Source of the DNA: Sulfurimonadaceae bacterium
GTDB lineage: Bacteria; Campylobacterota; Campylobacteria; Campylobacterales; Sulfurimonadaceae
Length of the DNA: 13,522 bases
Reading direction: 5' to 3'
Assembly (NCBI GenBank): GCA_041562555.1
Contig: JBFEXS010000061.1
Coordinates: 1-13,522 of the forward strand
Shown: positions 6,463-13,522 of the stretch, piece after piece
How positions within the stretch are numbered: position 1 is the first letter of the stretch
How the letters are laid out: each line of letters begins with the position of its first letter
The notes under the pieces: generated by a model
Seen by the model: only the letters and a program-made list of their open reading frames with translations
What the model was told of the DNA's origin: nothing
Databases searched by the model: none
Made by a program: the position numbers and the translations under genes

Positions 6463-7488
6463 CTACTCGATCATCTCTTCGGTCTCACCGACTTGAAGGA
6501 CACCCTGCTCTGCAAGCTGCTGTACCGCCTCAACGATCTTACGCTGAGAACTTTCCACATCTTTAACCTTGACCGCTCCAAGAAACTGCATCTCTTCTTC
6601 GAATGCATCACGGGCACGCTGAGACATATTTGAGAAGAACTTCTCTTTAAGCTCTTCGGCAGACGATTTAAGCGCGAGCATAAGCTCTTTCTTGTCAACA
6701 GTCTTAAGTATCTCGCGCACGCCGTTATTATCAAGAGACACGATATCTTCAAAGGTAAACATCATCTCCTTGATAGATGAAGCAAGTTGCTCATCGATCT
6801 GTTCAATATGAGAAAGCGTGCCTTTAGATGCTTTTGCTCCCAGTCTATTGAAGATATCTGCAACAGCACGTGGTCCGCCCACCTCGACTTTGTAAGAAGC
6901 AAGTGATTCAAGCTTGGACTCCAGTACTGCCGAAACACGTTTGATGACAGAAGGTGAGATATCTCCCAGTTTCGCCATACGCATCGCAACCTCCGCACGA
7001 AGGTCATCAGAAAAGTAACTTAATGTCTCTGCTGCCGCCGTCGCATCCATATGCGCCAGGATCAAGGCAATCGTCTGAGGATGCTCATTGACGATAAAGT
7101 CCGCTAATTGCTGAGGCTTGATCTTGGAAAGGTAAGCAAAATTCTGTGTCGATTGCATACTTTTCGATAATCGGTCCAATACCTTTTTGGCTTCATCCGG
7201 ACCTAAGGCCTTGTAGAGGATTTCTCGTGCATACTCAAGACCACCGCTAGAGATATATTGATTCGATTGAAAGATCGCATAGAACTCTTCAAGTACCGCT
7301 GTCGCTACACTGCGCTCGATAGATTTTGATGTAGCAATGTATTTGGATATTTCTGTGATCGCTTCGACGCTTAGTGTTGAGAAAACATTTGCCGTAATCT
7401 CTTCACCTAACTGCAATAATAAGACGGAGACCTTCTCCGCCATACTCATCTCATCAAACTGTGCCTGTTGTGTCGGTGTTAGTGTCAT
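6463..7488 (-). CDS. fliG: flagellar motor switch protein FliG
   Basis: 341 aa with GGLEYA, EHPQTIAL, GG linker and MFTF motifs. Confidence 0.98.
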   Translation of the reverse strand: MTLTPTQQAQFDEMSMAEKVSVLLLQLGEEITANVFSTLSVEAITEISKYIATSKSIERSVATAVLEEFYAIFQSNQYISSGGLEYAREILYKALGPDEAKKVLDRLSKSMQSTQNFAYLSKIKPQQLADFIVNEHPQTIALILAHMDATAAAETLSYFSDDLRAEVAMRMAKLGDISPSVIKRVSAVLESKLESLASYKVEVGGPRAVADIFNRLGAKASKGTLSHIEQIDEQLASSIKEMMFTFEDIVSLDNNGVREILKTVDKKELMLALKSSAEELKEKFFSNMSQRARDAFEEEMQFLGAVKVKDVESSQRKIVEAVQQLAEQGVLQVGETEEMIE

Positions 7489-7490
7489 GA

Positions 7491-9236
7491 CTACCCCTTT
7501 CCGCTCGCAGCTGCTGCCATCTGCCGTGCGATCTCACTTATATTGCTTCCTTCACCCGTCTCTTCATCGATCAATGCCTGAAAAAGAGATGCCAACTCTT
7601 CAGGTCGTTCATCCGCGATGGTACGTACCTTCTCCAGCAGGACTTCATACTTCAGTTCATCCTCATTGAAGTTCTCTCCCACACCAAGTTGGTCTTCAAC
7701 TTTTTTACGCATCTGTTGAACACGTTCAACAAGGTCTTCTTCTTCCTCTTCATCCAATTCCAAGACAGGGCGTTCCAAGATATCCTCTTCTTTGGAGAAC
7801 TCAAGCATACGTTCGGCAAACGGAGTAATAAGCTTTTTATAAACGATAAACAGGATAAGCCCTACGATAAGGAATTTGATAATTTCGGAGAATGGGCCAA
7901 GATAGATATCATAGAGCTCACCCATTTTCCCTGAGAATGCTTTTGCCGGCGCTTTGAGTGTCTCGAACTGGAAACTTCTTACCGTCACCAAGTCCCCGCG
8001 AGTCTCATTTGCCCCGATCGCATTTTTAACAAGAGAAGATATGGCTTCAAGCTCACTCTCTTCCCTTGCAATAAATTCCAATTCATTTGTCTCGACCCCG
8101 TCGGCGTCGAGCTTGTTCTTATATTTCCCATCTACAACGACTGCAGCAGTCACACGATTGATCGTAGCAAACTCACCCTTTGTACTGGATACTACCTTTG
8201 AAATCTCATAGTTGGTCGAGACATTGGACTTCTCGTATTTGTCACCGTTTTGTTGAGATTCAAGCCCCTCTACCGGACCGATATTACTGACTGCACCAGG
8301 TACACCGCCGATCTCCTTTGGTGCTGCACCTTCACGCTTCTCTTCGATCGTCTGTTCTGATCGGACAACAGATTCTGGGTCATAGGTCTCTGAGGTAGAT
8401 GATTTTTGAGAGAAGTCGTACTCGATCGTCACCTTGGCGACAACACGCTCATCACCGCCAATAAACGGAGCCAATACTTTGACGATCTTCTCTTCACGCT
8501 TGCGCTCTTCACGATTTTTATATTTCAGCTGCATCGCTGAAAGCTCACCCAGCATGGAACTGTCATTCTCCCCGCCAAGCTCTTCACCCTCAGCATTGAT
8601 CAATGCGACATCTTCAACTTTCATCTTGGGTACTGCGGCAGAGACAAGGTTCTTGATACCGCGGATCTGCTTAGGCGTCAGCATACGTCCGTCATACAAA
8701 CTTACGACCACCGAGGCACTCGGAGATACCTGTTTGGAAACGAATAAAGATTCTTTTGGCAAGGCCAGGTTTACATTAGCAGTTTCAACCGGTGCAAGAG
8801 ACTGCACTGTTCGTGAAAGTTCGCCTTCGAGAGCACGTAAGAACTTAATATTCTGATCAAAACTTGTTGCTCCAAACTCTTGCGTATCAAAAAGCTCAAA
8901 ACCGACACTGCTCTCTTTTGGAAGACCAAGCGCTGCTATAGCAATACGCTCTTTATATACGACTTCACGAGGGACCTCGATGACATTGTCCCGAGGTATC
9001 TTATAGGGGATGTTGTCTTTTTCTAATTGCTGGATGACCAAGGCGGCATCCGAAGCAGAAAGTGAGTCAAAAAGCACTTTATAGTTACCCCGTGCTTCAC
9101 CCTTGGCCGTATACACGACAAGAAAGAGTAAAAATGCTACGACACCGACAACAGTAGCACCCACAACAATCTTCTGACTCTTATTGAGTTTCTCATAAAG
9201 ACCAACAAGTTGTGAGATGAGTGCTTTTAAATCCAT
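7491..9236 (-). CDS. fliF: flagellar MS-ring protein FliF
   Basis: 581 aa with two TM segments, GFELFD...FGATSF, RALEGELSRT and GGVPGAVSN. Confidence 0.97.
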   Translation of the reverse strand: MDLKALISQLVGLYEKLNKSQKIVVGATVVGVVAFLLFLVVYTAKGEARGNYKVLFDSLSASDAALVIQQLEKDNIPYKIPRDNVIEVPREVVYKERIAIAALGLPKESSVGFELFDTQEFGATSFDQNIKFLRALEGELSRTVQSLAPVETANVNLALPKESLFVSKQVSPSASVVVSLYDGRMLTPKQIRGIKNLVSAAVPKMKVEDVALINAEGEELGGENDSSMLGELSAMQLKYKNREERKREEKIVKVLAPFIGGDERVVAKVTIEYDFSQKSSTSETYDPESVVRSEQTIEEKREGAAPKEIGGVPGAVSNIGPVEGLESQQNGDKYEKSNVSTNYEISKVVSSTKGEFATINRVTAAVVVDGKYKNKLDADGVETNELEFIAREESELEAISSLVKNAIGANETRGDLVTVRSFQFETLKAPAKAFSGKMGELYDIYLGPFSEIIKFLIVGLILFIVYKKLITPFAERMLEFSKEEDILERPVLELDEEEEEDLVERVQQMRKKVEDQLGVGENFNEDELKYEVLLEKVRTIADERPEELASLFQALIDEETGEGSNISEIARQMAAAASGKG

Positions 9237-9243
9237 TTATACC

Positions 9244-10344
9244 CTAGTTTTGCGTTACTTCTTTGAAGAGCTCAAAGAATCGCTGATTCTCTTTTTCGGT
9301 TCCTATCGTAACACGAATCGCATTCAAAGAATAGCCTTTTAAATCTCTAACTATCATACCTTTTTTTAACAAAGATAACGAAATTTCGCTGGAGTTTTGT
9401 TTCTCATTCAGACAAAGCGTTACGAAATTGGTATAAGAAGGGATTATTTCTATCTTTTGTTCTTGTGCAAAAGCTTCGTAGGCTTCCATCTGTTCGAAGT
9501 TTTTCTCAATAGACATACGCACAAAATCTTCATCTTCCAGGGCAACTGTAGCTGCTTCCAAGGAGAGTGTCGTAATGTTAAACGGTGGACGAAGTTTATA
9601 AAAGGCTTCGATCATATCCGCATTGGCAACCCCATAACCTGTACGCATGCCGCCAAGACCATATGCCTTGGAAAATGTCCCAAGGTAAAGCACATTGGAA
9701 AACTGAGAAATCAACTCTTTCGCACTCAGGGCCTTATTCTCATCTTTAAAGGCTGCATACTCCATATAAGCACCATCTACGACAACCAGAGTATCCTCAT
9801 CGATTTTTGCAAGAAAATCCAATAGCTTCGCTCTATCGATCGCATCCCCCGTAGGGTTATTCGGTGTACAGATAAAGATCATCTCAGGTTTATGCTCAAG
9901 GTAGAGTTGATAAAACTCATCAAGGTCATGCTCTTGCGAAGATGTACGAATGACCTGTGCACCCACATGACGGGCATAGATCTCATACATTGCAAAGGTG
10001 ATCGAGTTCATCAACACCTTCGCATTCGCATTTAATTTCGCATGTACAGCAAACTCAATCACCTGATCCGATCCGGCTCCGATAATGATCTCATTCTCCT
10101 TCACTCCAAATCTCTTTGCCAGACCTGCTTTCAATACGTACATCGAGTCATCAGGGTACAAGAACATCTTATGTGCAATATCCTGAACCGCTTTGGATAC
10201 CTTAGGTGAAGTCCCGTACGGGTTTTCATTACTTGCCAGTTTGACAATATCTTTACTCGCCACACCATACTCACGTACTACCAGTTCTATAGGCTTGCCT
10301 GCCTCATAGGTCTTAATCCCATCAAGGGTACTGTTAAAATTCAT
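9244..10344 (-). CDS. hisC: histidinol-phosphate aminotransferase
   Basis: 366 aa with [16 protein letters not shown] and the PLP-lysine motif [19 protein letters not shown] overlap with pheA. Confidence 0.96.
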   Translation of the reverse strand: MNFNSTLDGIKTYEAGKPIELVVREYGVASKDIVKLASNENPYGTSPKVSKAVQDIAHKMFLYPDDSMYVLKAGLAKRFGVKENEIIIGAGSDQVIEFAVHAKLNANAKVLMNSITFAMYEIYARHVGAQVIRTSSQEHDLDEFYQLYLEHKPEMIFICTPNNPTGDAIDRAKLLDFLAKIDEDTLVVVDGAYMEYAAFKDENKALSAKELISQFSNVLYLGTFSKAYGLGGMRTGYGVANADMIEAFYKLRPPFNITTLSLEAATVALEDEDFVRMSIEKNFEQMEAYEAFAQEQKIEIIPSYTNFVTLCLNEKQNSSEISLSLLKKGMIVRDLKGYSLNAIRVTIGTEKENQRFFELFKEVTQN

Positions 10345-11423
10345 CTGTCACCTTTTACATATGAGCCCAGCCAGGTGATCTCATCTGCTCGTTTTTCTAA
10401 AATTTTTTCTAATCGTTCATCATGGATATGTCCGTAAAAATCTATAAAGAACCAATATCCAAAACCGTCACTCTCTCTTGAAGGGCGTGATTCAATCTTC
10501 GAAAGATTGACATGTGCCTTATCAAAATCATCCAGGAAGTGTGCCAGTGCACCCGCTTCATTCCCGTCTTTCAGACGGACAAGGATCGAAGTTTTTGAAA
10601 ACTCATGTGGAGCATTCTCAAAATTGCTCAGGATGATAAAGCGGGTCGTATTCGAATCCACGTCCTCAATGTTCTCAAACATATTCGGAACATTATAAAG
10701 CTTGGCAGCGATATGCGAACAGATAGCTGCAGCTTCGGGATCCTGAGCGGCAAGCTTCGCAGCTTTTGCCGTTGATTCTACCGGGATCTGGTCTACATCC
10801 TGAAGTTCATGTTCAAGCAAGAAGTCCCGACACTGTCCAAAGCCTTTGTCTTTCGAATAGATACGCTTCACATCCTTCAGATGACGGGCTGATGTCACAA
10901 AAGAAAGATGAATAGGCATATATAACTCAGCCACAATCTTATATGAACTTTTTGCCAAAAGGTCCAATGTCTCCCCCACTGCTCCATCCCGGGAGTTCTC
11001 TATCGGGACAACACCGAATTTTGCACGTTTGCTCTCAAGAGCATTGAAGACGGCATGGATCGAATTAAGCGGCAAGTAATCACTCATTGCTCCAAAACGG
11101 GATTCCGCTGCCTGGTGTGTAAAACTTCCTTCAGGTCCTAGATAAGCGATCTTCTCCGGTAATTCAAGGTTACGTGAGATGGCAAAGATCTCCAAGAACA
11201 GGGCTTCTATCGCCTCTTTGTTCAGAATACCGTTACTCTCTTTACTCTGTTTATAAAGACGCTCAATAATCTCTTGTTCCCGCTCTGGTCGGTAGATCGC
11301 TCCTCCACTCTCGTTTTTGATCTCTCCTACACGCTCAACAACCTTCATGCGGTTGTTTAACAGTTCTAAAAGTTGATCATCAATCCTATCAATGGCTTCA
11401 CGACACTCAGCTAAGGTATTCAT
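10341..11423 (-). CDS. pheA: bifunctional chorismate mutase / prephenate dehydratase (P-protein)
   Basis: 360 aa with an N-terminal AroQ CM domain (REAIDRID...RPERE), [16 protein letters not shown] and the ACT motif IESRP. Confidence 0.96.
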   Translation of the reverse strand: MNTLAECREAIDRIDDQLLELLNNRMKVVERVGEIKNESGGAIYRPEREQEIIERLYKQSKESNGILNKEAIEALFLEIFAISRNLELPEKIAYLGPEGSFTHQAAESRFGAMSDYLPLNSIHAVFNALESKRAKFGVVPIENSRDGAVGETLDLLAKSSYKIVAELYMPIHLSFVTSARHLKDVKRIYSKDKGFGQCRDFLLEHELQDVDQIPVESTAKAAKLAAQDPEAAAICSHIAAKLYNVPNMFENIEDVDSNTTRFIILSNFENAPHEFSKTSILVRLKDGNEAGALAHFLDDFDKAHVNLSKIESRPSRESDGFGYWFFIDFYGHIHDERLEKILEKRADEITWLGSYVKGDR

Positions 11424-11438
11424 CTGTTTTCCTTGGTG

Positions 11439-12644
11439 CTATTTAATAAACTCTTCTTCTAGAGCAATAAGGTCTTCAAAACTCTCTCTACGGCGGATCA
11501 ATCTGTCTTTTCCACCCTCGATCGCAACCTCTGCAGAACGTCCTCGAGTATTATAGTTCGATCCCATTCCAAAACCATAGGCTCCTGCACTGTGTACGAC
11601 GATCAGGTCATTATGCTTAAAGTTTGGCAGTTCTCTGTCTTTGGCAAAGAAATCACCGCTTTCACATACCGGTCCAACGATATCTGCCGGAGATGTCTCA
11701 CCATCATTATCCACTGCCTCGATATGATGATAGGCAGAATACAGACTCGGACGCAGAAGATCATTCATTGCCCCATCGACGATGACAAAACGTTTCTCGT
11801 CATTTTGTTTCTCATACATCACACGTGTCAAGAAATGTCCTGCATTTGCCGTGATAAAACGACCAGGTTCGCACATGATAGTCAGATCAAGACCTGTCAA
11901 CGTTCCCAGGATAGCTTGGGCATATTCATGTGGGTCTATCGTCACTTCATTATCATAAGTCACACCAAGACCACCCCCGACATCAAAGAACTTCAGTTCA
12001 ATATCCACAGCCTGAAGCGTACGTACCAAGTCTGCTACGATCTCAGATGCTTCACGGATGGGTTCAAGCTCAGTCAATTGTGAACCGATATGGAAATGAA
12101 TACCGACAGGATCCAAATGATCCGAGTTTTTCGCCTTGAGATACATGCGTTTCGCTGCGTTGATCTCCACTCCAAACTTGTTTCCATGCAGACCGGTTGA
12201 GATATACGGGTGTGTTTTAGGATCGATGTTAGGGTTTACGCGGATCGAAATACGCGCTTTGATTCCAAGTTCCTGTGCGATCATCTCCACCCGGCCCAGT
12301 TCCGCTTCACTCTCAAGGTTGATAAACAGAATGTCCGACTCCAATGCCTCTTTGATCTCATGATCCTGTTTACCTACACCTGAAAATATGATCTTGTATT
12401 TTGGAATACCTGCTAACAGCGCACGACGCACTTCGCCGATTGAAACACAGTCCGCTCCGGCGCCTAAACCTGCCAGGTGTTTTACTACCGAAAGGTTTGA
12501 GTTTGATTTAACGGCATAGGCTAGGATTGCCTTACGTGCTCTGAATGATTCTTTAAGTGAATTATATTGCTCTGTTATCTTATCAAAGTCATACACATAA
12601 AGTGGGGTTTGGTATTTTTCTGCCAATTGAGAAAAGTTGATCAT
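11439..12644 (-). CDS. lysA: diaminopimelate decarboxylase
   Basis: 401 aa with YAVKSN (PLP Lys), HFHIGSQ, DVGGG, EPGR, GPVCESGD and GAYG...SNYN. Confidence 0.98.
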   Translation of the reverse strand: MINFSQLAEKYQTPLYVYDFDKITEQYNSLKESFRARKAILAYAVKSNSNLSVVKHLAGLGAGADCVSIGEVRRALLAGIPKYKIIFSGVGKQDHEIKEALESDILFINLESEAELGRVEMIAQELGIKARISIRVNPNIDPKTHPYISTGLHGNKFGVEINAAKRMYLKAKNSDHLDPVGIHFHIGSQLTELEPIREASEIVADLVRTLQAVDIELKFFDVGGGLGVTYDNEVTIDPHEYAQAILGTLTGLDLTIMCEPGRFITANAGHFLTRVMYEKQNDEKRFVIVDGAMNDLLRPSLYSAYHHIEAVDNDGETSPADIVGPVCESGDFFAKDRELPNFKHNDLIVVHSAGAYGFGMGSNYNTRGRSAEVAIEGGKDRLIRRRESFEDLIALEEEFIK

Positions 12645-12675
12645 ATCTGCCCTTAGAAATTCTATTATTGTCGCG

Positions 12676-12684
12676 ATTTTAGCA
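12676..12684 (-). promoter_or_regulatory. extended -10 promoter upstream of lysA
   Basis: Minus strand reads TGcTAAAAT, 31 nt upstream of the lysA ATG; same 9-mer and same distance as at ahpC. Confidence 0.68.
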
Positions 12685-12712
12685 AAAGAGAGCTTATATC
12701 TTTGTAAGGGGT

Positions 12713-13522
12713 CTAGGCTCTTCCCTTTTTATACCAGACGATCATACTTAATAGTCCCAATATTGCGACAGGCAAGACAATTCCCACTTCACCCGAAACC
12801 GTCTGGGTGTTGGAAAGCTGAATCAGTGTATAAAAAAGTCCCCAGATCAACAATGAAGCGATCAGTGCACCAAAACTAAAGAGCGTCACATTCAAAAAAC
12901 GTGGACTGATTGGAACAAAAAAGAAGATAATAATCACCAAAAAAGGAACAAAAAATGGATATACGATGATCTTGTAAAGGACACTTTTCACCTTATCGAT
13001 ATTGACATTCTGTTCTTCCAGAAGCTTCATCGCCTCAAAGGCATCCAAGATCGTATAGGTGGATGAACCCTCATAAACCTGATCCAAGATAGCAGGTCTA
13101 AAATCCTTTAAAAGTCTCAGATCCTTCTCGTCAGAAACAGTTATACCTTCACTTTTAAGACTGACATTATGGGGTTTTACGAGCTTTTTAGCATCATTCA
13201 CCATCCAGTAATCATTACGATAAAAAGCTTCTTTTGCCACAATGACTTCCTGTAGATCATTATTCTCAATCTTAAAGATACGGATTTCTTTAGCCGTCTG
13301 TTTGAGAGGGTGTAACTCCTGAAAATAGACATAATAATCTTCATAGGTAAAGAAAAGGTTTTGAGTCGGTGCTCCGCTGATCTTATTGTGAGAGATATTG
13401 TCAGAGAACTCTTTTCCCTTGGCAAAAGGTGGGTATAGATGTAAGAGTATATAGCTAATAATCAAAAATGTAGAAATTAGCGTAAAGGGACGTAACACAT
13501 CCGCTTTTGAGTATCCCAAAGA
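12713..13522 (-). CDS. LptF/LptG (YjgP/YjgQ) family LPS export permease, partial; start lies beyond the right edge
   Basis: The frame stays open to the window edge, so TTG 13519 is internal. LGYS...LRP coupling-helix region, TM helix, beta-rich periplasmic domain, then C-terminal TM helices. Confidence 0.85.
   Translation of the reverse strand, partial: SLGYSKADVLRPFTLISTFLIISYILLHLYPPFAKGKEFSDNISHNKISGAPTQNLFFTYEDYYVYFQELHPLKQTAKEIRIFKIENNDLQEVIVAKEAFYRNDYWMVNDAKKLVKPHNVSLKSEGITVSDEKDLRLLKDFRPAILDQVYEGSSTYTILDAFEAMKLLEEQNVNIDKVKSVLYKIIVYPFFVPFLVIIIFFFVPISPRFLNVTLFSFGALIASLLIWGLFYTLIQLSNTQTVSGEVGIVLPVAILGLLSMIVWYKKGRA

Noticed and set aside
12645..12712. Lysine riboswitch upstream of lysA
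   Set aside because: The intergenic region is only 68 nt with a predicted ~25-nt leader, far too short.
182..13425. Small overlapping or antisense ORFs in the track (e.g. 182-430, 3080-3340, 4812-5234, 8434-8856, 9397-9825, 11592-12083)
   Set aside because: They are shadows of well-supported genes and show no recognisable motifs.

Overview
A Campylobacterota (Epsilonproteobacteria) chromosomal segment, Sulfurimonas/Sulfurovum-like by protein style (inference), made up mostly of housekeeping genes. The minus strand carries a partial LptF/LptG permease followed by a tightly coupled lysA-pheA-hisC-fliF-fliG-fliH-dxs run. After that comes a small accessory-looking cassette: a NemR/LmrA-like TetR regulator and a CxxC peroxiredoxin-like protein, converging on the plus-strand ahpC. 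metK and a 2x[4Fe-4S] ferredoxin (fdxA-like, missed by the ORF track) are divergent from ahpC. The most notable non-coding signals are (i) three copies of a 16-bp palindromic operator, CAAAC-N6-GTTTG, two of them in identical positions against the extended -10 boxes of tetR and the peroxiredoxin-like gene, (ii) an apparently leaderless tetR mRNA, and (iii) a ~118-nt structured metK leader containing a 21-aa uORF. No rRNA, tRNA, CRISPR or IS element was seen.
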